Source of the DNA: the human T2T-CHM13v2.0 reference genome, Homo sapiens
Reading direction: 5' to 3' (one strand)
DNA: 64,000 nt
Assembly (NCBI RefSeq): GCF_009914755.1
Contig: NC_060933.1
Under the pieces are notes generated by a model. The model was given only the letters and a program-made list of their open reading frames with translations, ran no database searches and was not told the origin of the DNA. Of this stretch, positions 29,041-52,099 are shown one piece after another. Position 1 is the stretch's first letter. Every line of letters begins with the position of its first letter. The position numbers and the translations under genes are program-made.

Positions 29041-29414
29041 TGCAGCCATAAAAAAGAAAGTTCATGTCCTTTGCAGTGACACGGATAAAGCTGGAAGCCA
29101 TCATTCTCAGCAAACTAACACAGGAGCAGACAACCAAACACCGCATGTTCTCACTCATAAGTGGGAGTTGAACAATGAGAACACATGGACACAGGGAGGG
29201 GAACACCACACACCGGGGCCTCTCAGTGGGTGGAGGGCAAGGGAAGGGAGAGCATTAGGACAAATACCTAATGCATGCGGGGCTTAAAACCTAGATGACG
29301 GGTTGATAGGCACAGCAAACCACCACGGCACATGTATATCTATGTAACAAACCTGCACGTTCTGCACATGTATCCCAGAACGTAAAGTAAAATTTTTAAA
29401 AAATAAAAATAAAC
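29041..29414 (+). mobile_element. L1PA7/8-like 3' end
   Basis: L1PA 3'UTR, poly(A), 15-bp TSD aaaaagatcacattc (29026-29040/29415-29429). Confidence 0.9.
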
Positions 29415-29541
29415 AAAAAGATCACATTCAAGTGGGAGGCAATGGCATCAAGGTGTATGGAGACAGTGAAAAGTACCAATGCACATTTTGAAAGAAAGAG
29501 AGAGAGAAGGAGGAAGAGAATGGATTGCCACCAAAGCATAC

Positions 29542-29730
29542 CAGCTAGAAGGAATAGCAAGAACTTGGGTGATAGTAATACGGTATTATTCTCTGAGCCA
29601 ATACCCAGGGCTGTTGTTTCCTTGTAAAGTTCTTCTTGACCACCCGCTAGCACTGATGACCTCTGGCCACCAGGGCTCCTCAGTTTTCTATGGAATAATT
29701 TGTGCTTTTGTTCCGCCAAAGCTTGGGAAG
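29542..29730 (-). other. candidate exon (189 nt, open, phase 1-1)
   Basis: Acceptor aatttccag| and donor CTG|GTATGC in non-repeat sequence. Confidence 0.3.
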
Positions 29731-31085
29731 CTGGAAATTAATCTTCTTTGCTTAAATAACCATGGCTCTTTCCAGAAGTTTCTGATCCCTGAGAATTACA
29801 ATACTTTGGAATCATAAAAAGGAATGCTATGAAGCCAGACAAGAAGGTACTCAGCAAGCCAAAGACTCCGCCTAACAACCCTGGAGTGTGTCATGCTTTA
29901 AAGAATTTCTCCTTACTGGACCCAATTGATGTCCCAAGATGGAGCATCTATCATGCATATTGGCTCTCATATCTTCATTTTTCTCTTGTTTCACCAAGAG
30001 TTTATGTAGACTACTTATCCCCTCTTTGTTTGAATCCTCATGTTCTCAACATTCCCTTCACTATTTTAAAGAGGACTTTTATCTCGGTACTCTGTTGCAT
30101 GAAGTTTTATCATGACTCCTGTATGGAAGATCATCAGGATCTACATTATGTGAAAAGAGAAATCTATGCCTGATAGAATAAAGCAAACTCTCATAGTTAC
30201 ACACTAGTTGTAAATTAATATCAAAATCCCACTAGATATGATTTATAGTTTATTGCATATGATTCTGCTTATGTTGACTATTTAACAGATTATGTAGACT
30301 CCTCATTTTTTTATCTTCAAAAAGTTTAAAGACTCCTTCCATGTACTGCTTTGGAAATATATTTAGATGAAGTCAATCATGCTTGGGATATTGATTCAAT
30401 ATCCCATTTTCAAAACAGGAGGGAGTACAGGTAGGCAGACTCATTCTGCCTTAATAGAATTAATTCTTACTTATGTGTGTGTATGTTCTATATCATAAAA
30501 CCACAAGACACAATGGTGAAAGATCTTCAGCAGTTTTTAAACCAGCACGAAAGTCATATAAAAGAGTGCATGTTTTGAGTAAATAAAGCTTATTAAAGAT
30601 GTTGAGTTCAAGGACTGTCTTTAGTAAAAGCAACATCACAGAGAATTAAGAATTTATTTTTGTTCCACCACAGTAAACAGACATGTGGCAATTCTAAACA
30701 GAAAAGACAAAGCTGATGAAGAACAGCAAATATCATCCAGACTGAATCCAGCCAATGTGGAAATAATGAGTCAGAGAACACTGGGACAAAATTTGCTCCT
30801 TGACCATTGGGCAAATTAAAGTTACTCAAGAGGAGAAACAATGAGTATTCAGAGACATACAAAGCAATATTAAAATTATGACCTACTCTCATAACAGAAT
30901 ACCTTGCAGTAATTAAAAATGATATATATCTGTATTCAACTGAGGAAAAGTCATGTGACATGAAAAGGCAAAAATATTTATATATGAAACATTTTTATAT
31001 TATTTTGAGATAGCATGTCCTGAAACCTGTCAAGGCAAACAAACTGGAAAAAAAATCAAGTCAGAAAAATTAGAAATTATACAGG

Positions 31086-31490
31086 TTGCTTTCACTTATT
31101 TGTGGGAGCTAAAAATTAAAACAACTGAACTCATGGAAATAGAGTAGAATGATGGTTACCAGAGGTTGGGAAGGGTAGTGGAGGGTGGGAGAGTAGAGTT
31201 AGTTAATGGGTACAAAAAAATAGTTAGAAAAAGTGAATAAGATCTAGTATTTGATAGCACAGCAGAGTGACTATAGTTAATAATAACTTAATTGTAACTT
31301 TAAAAATAACTAAAAAGGTATGATTGAATTGTGTGTAACAAGAAGAAAGGATAAATGCTTGAGGTGATAGACACCCCTCTTACCCTGATGTGGTCATTAC
31401 ACATTGCATGCCTGTAGCAAAATATCTCACATATACCCCATAAATATATACACCTAATATGTACCCACAAAAATTTAAAATAATTTTTTA
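31086..31490 (+). mobile_element. L1MA2/3-like 3' end
   Basis: L1MA 3'UTR; TSD aaattatacagg/aaattatgcagg. Confidence 0.85.
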
Positions 31491-31669
31491 AAATTATGCA
31501 GGGAAACAAGGTATTTTAAGAGAAGTAAAAGAAGATATTGCATTCCTGAAACATAAAGTCCCATCTAGGACATTGCTAGAAATATGTATTCTCACCTTCC
31601 ACTCCAAACCTACTGAATAGAATTTCTAGGGTGGGCTGGGGGATCATGTTTTCCCAACATGATTATTAG

Positions 31670-32812
<1,143 letters not shown>

Positions 32813-33019
32813 CCAGGTGATGCTCAAACACAGTAAAGTTGAGAACTATTATAATATGACTTAAGAAAGGTCCAGAGAGATACATGCCAAACTAATTAGA
32901 GAAATTAACTCTAGGAGTATGGCTGGGATGGGGTGGGAATGGGGTCAAAGGAGAACTCTGGTAAAGCATATCACTTTAGTGGTTTTTACAAGAATATATT
33001 GGTTCATTGCTTATGCTAG

Positions 33020-33328
33020 CTATTTATTTACATACTTATTTATTTAGAGACAGGCTCTTACTCTGTTGCCCAGGCTAAAGTGCAGTGGGAGTATCACGAC
33101 TCACTGCAGCCTTGACCTCCTGTGCTCAGGCAATCTTCCCACCTCAGCCTCCCGAGTAGCTGGGACCACAGGTGCACGTCACTATGCCCAGCTAACTTTT
33201 TAATTATTTGTAGAGACAGGGTCTCCCTATGTCACCCAGGCTGGTCTCAAACTCCTAGGCTCAAGCAAACCTCCCACCTCAGCCTCCCAAAGTGCTGGGA
33301 TTACAGGCATGAGCCACTGCACCCAGCC
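33020..33328 (-). mobile_element. AluJ
   Basis: Antisense Alu with (TATT)n tail. Confidence 0.9.
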
Positions 33329-33350
33329 CACTGCTTGTACTATTTAAAAA

Positions 33351-33857
33351 TATACCCAAAGGATTATAAATCATGCTGCTATAAAGACGCATGCACACGT
33401 ATGTTTATTGTGGCACTATTCACAAAAGCAAAGATTTGGAACCAACCCAAATGTCCATCAGTGATAGACTGGATTAAGAAAATGTGGCACATATACACCA
33501 TGGAATACTATGCAGCCATAAAAAAGGATGAGTGCATGTCCTTTGTAGAGACATGGATGAAGCTGGAAACCAACATTCTGAGCAAACTATCGCAAGGCCA
33601 GAAAACCAAACACCGCATGTTCTCACTCATAGGTGGGAATTGAACAATGAGAACACTTGGACACAGGGTGGGGAACATCACACACCGGGGCCTGTCATGG
33701 GGTGGGGGGAGGGGGGAGCGATAGCATTAGGAGATATACCTAATGTAAATGACGAGTTAATGGGTGCAGCACACCAACATGGCACATGTACACATATGTA
33801 ACAAACCTGCACGTTGTGCACATGTACCCTAGAACTTAAAGTACAATAAAAAAAAAA
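33351..33857 (+). mobile_element. L1PA4/5-like 3' end
   Basis: ORF2 end (...MFSLIGGN), 3'UTR, poly(A). Confidence 0.92.
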
Positions 33858-34751
33858 CAACAAAACCTGAAATAATTTTTTAAGGATAATGTACTCAGGA
33901 AATATTTGCATAAAATATGGCACAGCCCCCATTTTTATCAGTGTGTCTTGTAAATAGGAATGCTACTCTCTAGATGTAAATTTCATCCATTGCTAACTTT
34001 GGCCTACGGCTGAAAGACAACAAATACTAGAAAGGAAATTAAAATGGATTTTGATGCCATACCTAAATTCGTTTCCTCTAAGCACAGCTGGCAGGCAATC
34101 TGGTACTAGGAGTAGCCTCCTGTGGACCAGGACTGCTCAGAATAATTACTAAAGTAGGTGGTATATTCCAACTCAACTTAGCAGACACAGTGGAAATAGT
34201 TCTGACCGATGCAGGGTAGAACGGAACTAGCCCTTGACTTGTCCTGGGCACTGTGCTAATATTAATACAATGTTTAGGAATCATTCTTCCCTAACAATTG
34301 AACAATAGAGCATGAAGATAAAAGAAAATATTTTGGTTAATCTGCAGGTGCATTAGAGGCAGAAGAATGGAAGATGGGGAAAGGAGCTGGAGTCCTACTG
34401 GGAAGGGCTTCTTTGCCCAGGGAGCAGTAAAATGCATGCAGCCCCTCCACCTAGCCTGTCTCTCACTTCACCAGTCCTCTCAGAAGACCTTCCTGTGGCC
34501 TTCTGGGAGAAGCAGCCAATTGGCTTAGCTCTGCAAATAGCCCAAGAGTATGTCTTTGTTGACAAAATATACCAAACCAACACAATCATAATGCTTTTCT
34601 TTTTCTTTGGCACCTCAGTTCATTATGACGGTATTCCCACTACACCAAGTACAAGTTATAGACTAATCCTCACTGTTCTGGAGGGAGCTGAGTTTCAAGA
34701 GACTTCATTACAGGTTAGAAACAAGAGGCATTGCTGCCCTGGAATTGTTCA

Positions 34752-35341
<590 letters not shown>

Positions 35342-35424
35342 TTATATATTGCCAATACTATGAAGTTTCATAGGGGGATGAGAGTGAGTGCAATGTTTCT
35401 GCTGGAAACGGTGGACTTTACTCT

Positions 35425-35605
35425 AGAACTCTGTCCCTCGAAATGTGGCCTTTGAACTACGTGCATTGTGTAATCAACTGGCGTGCTCATAAAGTGCAGT
35501 TTCTTAGGTTCCACCACAGGTCTACTGAATCAGAATTACTGAGAATGAGGCCCAGGAGTCTTCATTTATAACAAGCTCCCCAGGTGAATGTTATCCACAC
35601 TGAAG
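35425..35605. mobile_element. MER5A-like
   Basis: ctactgaatcagaa...ggcccagga...taacaagctccccaggtga. Confidence 0.7.
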
Positions 35606-37298
35606 CAGAGAAAGGCAGGAAATAAATGTCTGGGCTTCCACAATCCACAAAAATAACCTATGCAATCCCTTCTACTTAGTGCTGATTTCTGCCCATCTCA
35701 AAGCAGAACTCTCAAGCATTTGGAAGAAATTCACCTCCTTCCCACAGGCAGGGCTATATTTTCCTCCATTACTGACCTAGTCCCTAAATAAGCCCACTGT
35801 GCTCTGCTCCGCAGCTCCCACGCCTTTCCTGGGCAGGAGCAATGAATATAGGATAATGTAATTCAGATGATTTGGGGCACATCCTTCAGGGTAAGCTCTG
35901 GCTGTTCCTCTTCAGCAGAAGTGACCATTTTATTATCTCAGTTGGCATAATATCCACGTCCTGAACTGGATCCTTCTCTAGGTAAAAGAAACTGCCTCTA
36001 TTTCTTAGCACCCAACAAAATAGAATACTACAATGACAGTAAACTAAAGCAGCCAGAAAGCATTAGGCTGTAGCATTCAGTTTAGCTCACGTCAGAACAC
36101 AGAGGATCATTACTAGGTCAAGCCATTTGAAAGACTACTCCATATGCATATTGAATGTATCTATGTGTAGTCCAGTTTATGGCTAGGTTATTAGCTCACC
36201 GTCAGATCTGCTTTCACGCTCTCATCTTCCCCAGAGTCATCCTTGTATCCTCCCTACACCCTTCCAGCTAACGTAAGTGTCTAGTGTAAAGAGATTTGAG
36301 GGTCTACAAAAGTTAATATCTCAATGGTGATTAACCGTTCTCAAATATTACGAATGCCAGCTCATAGGCATGTCCCATATTTCTGCAAATGGATCCATGC
36401 TCTTCTTTCTAGGTTTTATATCCACTATCTGGCTGTATAGCCTAAAGTCTGTCCTCATTTCCTTGGGTGAGTTAGAAATGCACGTTAATTTTTTAATAAA
36501 ATGCTAATAGCACCTGAACCAAGCATAAAATGGCTTCATTTCTCTAGGACTAGTGAGATTAAGCTGGCATTTTGGCTACATTTGTACTCACCCATATCTG
36601 GAACAAAGATGCCATAAATATTTCAATAAACTGCAATAGAATGTATATTTGTCCAGTGACAATTTCAACACATTCTGTTCAAAAAGATAAACTCTTTAAT
36701 AAGTAGTTTCCTATGAACCTACAAAGCTCTTCCAGGCATAGCTATACTGCCCAAATACATTAGCAGTTCCCTATAATTAATTTCCCAGCACCATCTCCAT
36801 GAACCACGCAAAGACATTATGGCTCCAGAGATGTCCATACCAAAATTGGAAAAAACTTAATGGGCAAATGAAAGCTATTTGCTTCTAGTTTTATTTCCCA
36901 CAAGTATCTGGTAATACCCACGCCACTCCTTAAATCAAGCACTAAGAACCACCAGCTCCCAGAAAGCCAAAGCAAAACATCCTCAATTTGTTTCGTTGGT
37001 AAATCTTAGATTATTTGTTCAGTGCGCTTTAACCTTAGTAAGATTCTTGAACCTTCCGTCTCTGATAAAGTCATAGTTCTACAAGGATTTCTAAGAGGCG
37101 GTGGGCTTCTTAACTCTATCTGGGGCTACCTCTTTTTCACACAGCCCTCATCGTAGTCCTAGGTAATACCTTTTACCTTCTTTACATTTCTTGGGCATCA
37201 GAGAATTACCGAAGTCAAAATGTTTCTATTTAACCTTCCTACCATATTCCTGCTGCCAATCTTCTGGCCTAGCTGTGTTGGAATCTATCATCTGATGG

Positions 37299-37679
37299 TG
37301 CTATGGTTTCAACATTTTTGTCCCTATTCAAATGTATTTGTTGGAAGCTTAATCCCCAGTGCAAGCATTGGAAGGTAGAGCCTAATAGGAAGTGTTTCGG
37401 GTGAGGCCCTCGTGAATGGATTAATGCTGCTATAAAAATGACTTGCAAGAGAGGATTCACTCTCTTCTGTTCTTCCGCCACATGAGGAACAGCATTCATC
37501 CCCTCTGGAGGACACAGCATTCAAGGCACTATCTTGGAAGCAGACATCCAGCCCTTACTAGATACCAAATATGTGAGTACCTTGATCTCAGACTTCCTAG
37601 TCTCCAGAATTGTGTGACATAAATTTCTGTGTTTACAAGTCTCAGGTATTGTGTTACAGCAGCACAACAGACTAAGATA
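37299..37679 (+). mobile_element. MST-type MaLR solo LTR
   Basis: tgctatggttt...cagcagcacaacagactaaga termini; about 380 bp. Confidence 0.8.
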
Positions 37680-38769
37680 GACAGTATCCATTGGCACAGA
37701 GGGCACATATGGGAAATGTGGTAAGATACCATTCTCTTATGTATCTTCATAACAGTGAGCTAATACCACAAGCTGAGAAATGCAATCAAGACCACAATAT
37801 CAATTTATATTAATATTGGCAAATATTTAAAAGTCTGACATACCAAGTATACATAGCATGTGTATTAACAGAATCTATAGACAGCATGTGTGTTAACAGA
37901 AACATTAGTGGTTGGACTATAAACTGTTAATGGCCACTCTGGAAACCAGTTTGGGATTATTCTTTAAAACCGAACATTCACATTTCATACAAGCTAGTAA
38001 TTCCATTCAACAAAAACCAACAGGCACACTTTCATATTTATACCAGGAGAAATGTTCAAGATTGTATATAACGACACTGTTCATGATAGCAAAAAACAAA
38101 CAAACTGAAAAAATAGCCCCGATGCTCTAAACAGGAAAGTGTATTAACTTTGGTATGTTCACACAATGGAATATTATGCAGAAGTCAGAATGAATACCTA
38201 CTCGCACAAAACATAATAAAGATGCCTCTTAGAATATAATATAGTGTGAAAAAGCAAACACCTTTAAGAGAGAATGTGGCACACAGTGACAAAGAAGACC
38301 CTAAATACACCTCGTTATATATGACAAAACCACATAAAAATAAGGCAAAAGAATGATAAACACAAAATTCACGACAGTGTTTACCTTAATAGGGAGGTCA
38401 AGGAACAGGCTGGGAATCAGCCTATAGGTAGACACAAGTTATTTTGTCAATATTCTAATTTATATGCAAATGAATGAGCTCATGACTGTTCATGCTATTA
38501 TTCAAAATAAACAATGAGACTTGAATGATGAAATTGTTTAATGAACCAAGGACTATAATTACTACAATTCTATTCACCCATGGTCCATAAAGAAAAAGAA
38601 GAAAAAGAAAAACTCCAGTGAGTTCTACCAAATACTTAAGGAAATATAATTCCAATTTTTATACATACTCTTTCAGAGAATAGAGAAAAGGAAACACTTG
38701 CGAACTCATTTTATGGTGCTAGCATTCTTTTATATCCAAACCCAATAAATCCAGCCTGAGAAACAAAAA

Positions 38770-39450
<681 letters not shown>

Positions 39451-39691
39451 TAAATTATGAGCTAACAAATTGTGCAAAACTGAAAACAAAATGCTTTCAA
39501 AATTCACAATAAATTTTGTCCAAGTTAAGGAAGTTCGTATCTATTTTAAGTTTGCTGGCAGTTTTGTAAAATCATGAAAGGATGTTAATTTTATCAAATG
39601 GGATTTTTTTCATCTGTTGAGGTGCCAACATAACTCTCCCCCTTTAATCTACTAATGTGGTAGTTGATGTTTTTATTAAAACAACTTTGCA

Positions 39692-39998
39692 GGACTGGGT
39701 GCAGTGGCACACACCTGTAATCCCAGCATTTTGGGAGGCCAAGGCAGGTGGATCACTTGAGCCCAGGAGTTCAAGACTAGCCTGGGAAACATTGTGAACC
39801 ATGTCTCTACAAAAAATACAAAAATCAACTGGGAATGGTGGCACGCACAAGTAGTCCCAGCTACTCGGAAGGCAGAGGTGGATCTCTTGAGCCCGAGGGG
39901 TCAAGGCTGCAGTGAGCCGAGATTGCACCACTGCACTCCAGCCTGACCACCAGAGTGAGACCCTGTCTCAAAAACAAAACAAAACAAAAAAACAAAAA
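39692..39998 (+). mobile_element. AluJ
   Basis: Full Alu with (AAAAC)n tail. Confidence 0.9.
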
Positions 39999-40099
39999 CT
40001 GCATATCTGGGGTATGTCTTGCATGTAATACAAGTTTTCCATGTATTACCTTTTTTTATACATGATTGGATTTCGTTACTTGTTTAATTCTGATTTTAA

Positions 40100-41800
40100 A
40101 ACTTTTTTTGTTGAGGTAAAATATACATATATAAGTTTTCACTTTTACCATTTTCAAGTGTACAGTTCTGTGGTAATAGTAAATAAATACAAGTATATTC
40201 TTTTTCTTTCCCTTCATCCCTCCCTCCCTCCTCCCCCTCTCAGCCTCTAGTAACCACCAGTCTATTCTCTATCTTCACGAAATACTGAGAACATGCGATA
40301 TTTGTCTTTCCATGCTTGGATTATATCACTTAACATATGGCCTCCAATTCCATCCATATTGTTGCAAATCATAGGATTTCATTCATTTTTATGGCTGAAT
40401 AATATTCCATTGAATATAGGTACCACATTTTCTTTATCATTCATCCACTGATGGACACTTAGATTGATTCCATAGCTTGGCTATTGTGATTAGTGCTGCA
40501 ATAAACATGGGAGTGCAGATATCTCTTTGACATACTGATTTCCTTTCTTGTGGGTATATACCCAGCAGTGGGATTGCTGGATCATAGGATAATTCTATTT
40601 GTGGTTTTTTGAGGAACCTCTATACTGTTCTCCATAGTGGCTGTACTCATTGACATTCCCACCAACAGTGTATGAGGGTTCTCCTCTCTCCATATTCTCA
40701 CCAGCATCTGTTATTGTCTGCCTTTTGTATATAAACCATTTTATCTGCATGTTTATCACATTGTGGTTTTGATTTGCATTTCTCTGATGATTAGTAATGT
40801 TGAGTATCTTTTCATACACCTGTTGGACATTTCTACATCTTCTTCTGAGAAATGTCTGTTCAGTTCCTTGGGCTTTTTGTTAATCAGATTACTTGGTTTT
40901 TTGCTATTGAGTTTTTGGAGCTCCTTATATATTCTGGCTATTGATCCCTTGTCAGATGGGTAGTTTGTAAATATTTTCTCCCATTCTGTGGGTTGTCTCT
41001 TCACTTTGCTGATTGTTTCTTTTGCTGTGCAGAGCTTTTTAACTCGATGTAATCAAGCTAATTTGTCTATTTTTGCTTTGGTTGCCTATGGTTTTGAGGT
41101 CTTACACATAAAAAATTTGCCCAAATGTCCTGGAGCATTTCCCCAATGTTTTCTTCTAGTAGTTTCACAGTTTTAGGTCTTAGATTTACATCTTTAATCC
41201 ATTTTTGTTTCATTTTTGTGCATGGTGAGAGATAGGAGTCTAGTTTCATTTGTCTGCATATGGATGTCCCATTTTCCCAGCCCCATTTATTGAAGAGACT
41301 ATCCTTTCCCATTGGATGTTCTTGGCCCCTTTGTCAAGAATAAGTGAATTGTAAATGTGTGTTTGTTTCTGGGTTCTCAGTTCTGTTCCATTGGTCTATA
41401 TGTCTGTTTTCATGCTATTTTGGTTACTATAGCTTTGTAGTAAATTTTGAAATCAGGTAGTGTGATACCTCCAGCCATGTTCTTTTTGCTCAGGATTGCT
41501 TAGGCTACTCGGGGTCTTTTGTGGTTCCACATAAATTTTAGGACTTTTTTTTCCGTGAAGAATGTCATTCGTATTTTGATAGGGATTGCGTTGAATCTGG
41601 AAGTTGCTTTGGATAGTATTGTCATTTTAACAATATTAATTCTTCCAATCCATGGGCTTGGAATATCTTTCCTTTTTTGTGTGTCCTCTTCAATTTCTTT
41701 CACCAGAGTTTTATCATTTTCCTTACATTCCTTTCACTTCTTTGGTTAGATTGGCTCCTAGATATTTTCTGGTTTTGTAGCTATTGTAAATGGGTTATCT
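40100..41800 (-). mobile_element. L1MA ORF2 C-terminal half and 3' end
   Basis: Decayed ORF2 peptides ([27 protein letters not shown]). Confidence 0.85.
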
Positions 41801-42159
41801 CTGACATTTGCATTTATGTTCTTGAATAAAAGTGGCCTATGATTTTCATTTTTTATATACTCTTCCATATATTTTGGTATCAAGATTTTGATAGCATCAC
41901 AAAATGAGTTTGGAAGCATTCTCACTTCTTCCATATCCTGGAATTGTTTTTTCTAAGATTAGAGTTACTTATTCCCTAAATTTCTGGTAAAATTTACAAT
42001 TTTTTTAGTGAGAAAAATTTTTAATTGCTAGGTAATAAACTCTCAAGTATTCTATTTCATACTAAATTATGACAAGTTATATTTTTCTAACAATGTGGTC
42101 TATTTCATCTAATTTTTCAAAGCTTTTGACATTAGTGTTCATAGTATTTTCTTATTTTC

Positions 42160-45300
<3,141 letters not shown>

Positions 45301-45494
45301 CAGCTCCGAGGAATTTGCAACTGCAGTGACCTATGATCACACCACTGCACTCTAGCCTGACCCATGGAGAAAGATACATATAGTGCAGTATCATTCTGGG
45401 TCTCTGGGAATTGGAGTAAGCTGTGAATCAGTGTTCAGAAATCCAAAAGTTCTGAATGTTCTTGTTTCTTGCTGCAGTTATTTTGAAATCAAGT

Positions 45495-46006
45495 TGTGGC
45501 AAAAAGAATAATGGCCCCTAAAGATGTCCATGTCTTAATCCATGGAATCCGTGAATATTTTAGTTATACAGCAAAGGAGAAGTAAGGTTGAAGATAGAAT
45601 TAAGGTCGCTAATCAGCTGACCGTAAGACAGAAAGATGATCGAGCTTGGCCCAGTGCAATCACAAGAGGACTTGAAAGTGGACAAGAGGGGCATAAGAGG
45701 GAGTCAGAGAAAGAGAAGTGGTGACAGAAGCAGAGTCAGGGCGTTGCTATATGAGAAAGCTTAGAAGACGGAGGAAGGGGCCATAAGCCAAGAAATGTGG
45801 GTGGCCACCAGAAACTGGAAAAGGCAAGGAAACAATTGCTACCCAGTGCCTACTAAAAGGAATACATCTCTGCCCATACCTTGACTTTAGTCCATTGAGA
45901 CTCATGTCAGATTTCTGACCTATATAAATGTAAGATTACAAATTTGTATTGTTTAAACCACTATGTTTGGGGTAATTTGTTATGGCAGCAATAGAAAACT
46001 AACACA
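45495..46006 (+). mobile_element. MLT1D/E-like LTR
   Basis: tgtggc...aataatggcccctaaagatgtccatgtc...gcagcaatagaaaactaacaca. Confidence 0.8.
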
Positions 46007-46009
46007 AAT

Positions 46010-46795
<786 letters not shown>

Positions 46796-47054
46796 TTTTC
46801 AATCTTTTCTCTCTGTTATTTAGTCTGGATGATTTCTGTTCATCTGTCTTCAAGTTCACAGACTCTTTCTTCTGTAATCTACATTCTATAATTGAGCCCA
46901 TTAAGTACACTTTTTATTTTAGTTGTATTTTTTAATCCCAAGATTTCCACTTGTTTCTTTTCTTAACTTCTGTTTCGTTGCTGAGGTTCTCTTTCTTTTC
47001 ATTCATTTTAAGAATGCTTGCCCTTACGACCTGGAGCATGGTTATAATAGCTGC

Positions 47055-49173
<2,119 letters not shown>

Positions 49174-49174
49174 A

Positions 49175-50250
49175 AAGCCTTTATCTGATTACTTCAACAT
49201 CTTTGTAATGTTGGGGTTGGTATTTGCTGCCTTTTCCCTTGCAAGATAGTGAGATTTTCTTAATTCCTCATGTGTTGAGTGATTCTGGATTACATCTTGG
49301 ACATTTTGAATATTATGTCATGAGACTCTGGCTCTTGTTCAAATCCCGAAGAAAATTATGATTTGTGTGTGTATGTTTCAACAAGCCATTGACCTGGTTG
49401 GGCTCAGGCTATGAGGTTCTACCCATCTTCTTTAAGGTATGGTTCACTGTTACCTAAATTTTCAGAGACTTTGCAGCATTATTTAAATCTGCCCTGTATA
49501 CATGCCATCCAGTGGCATATTTGGGACTTAAAAGTGGCCTACTTTACAGAGTTTAGTTCTCAAAGCCTTTGTTACACTATTTAGGGTCATAGCAATTCAT
49601 GTTCCACTTGAAGATGGCCCAAGTGTTTATATACAACTTTATGGGATTGCTTTATTTACTCCCTCCTCTCCGTGATCTTTCTGAAACTTTCCACTCCCCA
49701 AAAGTCCTCCTTCTCTAGCTAAAAAGCCAGGGCTATTATTTCTCCACTCTGCTGTGCACGTCTCACAACCGCATCTGTCTCAGGAGCCAAATGGTGAGAG
49801 GATAGAGGGAGGAAAGGGAAGAATAGGGACTCCCCCATCTTCTTGGGACCACAGTTCCTCTGGTCAAAGAGAAGAGTTCTTCTTCCTGAGAATTCTAGGT
49901 GCCTGTACAGCCACCACTGTTGATGCTACCACTGCCACCACAGGATTTCCTGGGGATTTGGGTATAATAGAAAAAAATGAGAGCATTTACTTCACTCTTT
50001 CTGATGCATTGGGACCCCGTTTCCTTCTTTTTAAGGAGCTTTCTCTTAGAGCTTCTTTTAGAACTTTCTGTCTCTCCCCGTTGTGTAGGTTTGTGTTTCA
50101 GGTTGCACTGGAGTCACCCAGCCAAGACATATTGGGGGTGGGGGTGGAGGAGTCCTCAGCTGCCCCGTGCATTCTGTCTAGGGTTTTAAATTGCTACCAG
50201 GGGGAGAGGCAGAGTGGAATGTGCTTACTTCATCTCGAGCAAAGCTGGAA
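49175..50250 (-). mobile_element. ancient L1M 5' region (continues 46800-47054)
   Basis: ataatagctgcttt|aaagcctttatctgat is continuous across the young L1. Confidence 0.55.
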
Positions 50251-50299
50251 GCAGTCTCCTAGTTTTTATCCTCCCCCTACTTCAGGGGTTGTTTCTTCT

Positions 50300-51410
<1,111 letters not shown>

Positions 51411-52099
51411 TTTCTGTGCCTTATCAAAGAAGAGAGAGTAAAACTTGTATAACCCAAGTCAGTCCAAGAGCTTCTGTTCATGTCCAGGTCACTTAACTGC
51501 AAATGATACTTATCTTCTTTTCTCCTATCCACTGAGACAAGTTCTAAGGTTAGATAGTTTAGATAGGTCTAAAAATTGTAGCTATTTATATTGCTGAGAA
51601 TAAAGGAATGCTAAAAGCCTATTATGTTATAATTATTATTTTGCAAATGAGGAGTCAAGGCTGTAAGGCACATATGGCCCAATCATTCACGTGATGCTTG
51701 AATCCCTTCTATGAACAGACCGAGTACTGATTCTATTGTGAGCACTCTTCCTGTGTTCATCAGGTCCAGCACTCTTCCAGTGTTCATCTTATTTCTCATA
51801 AAGAGAGAAAGAAGAACTAATCCTACATTTCTGTTGGAATGATAGATTTTTTTCTGCAAATAATGTCCCCCAATATATGGTCATCTCACAATCTATATCA
51901 GAATTTCTTGGTGCTCCACCTATAACGACAGATTATTGAGGACCCACCCTGGAGTCACTCAAATTTTCAGTCATCCATAAATGTACATAGAATTCTCCAT
52001 CTTGATCATTAGAATTTGCATCAAATACAGTACCAGAGGCCAAAGTCCTGAAACAATAATTTCTAGCATATTTACCTTTTTTAACAATGTGCCATTTCT

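Noticed and set aside
33122-33643. 173-aa Alu-L1 ORF2 chimeric ORF
   Set aside because: Chance in-frame juxtaposition with no true ATG or splice support
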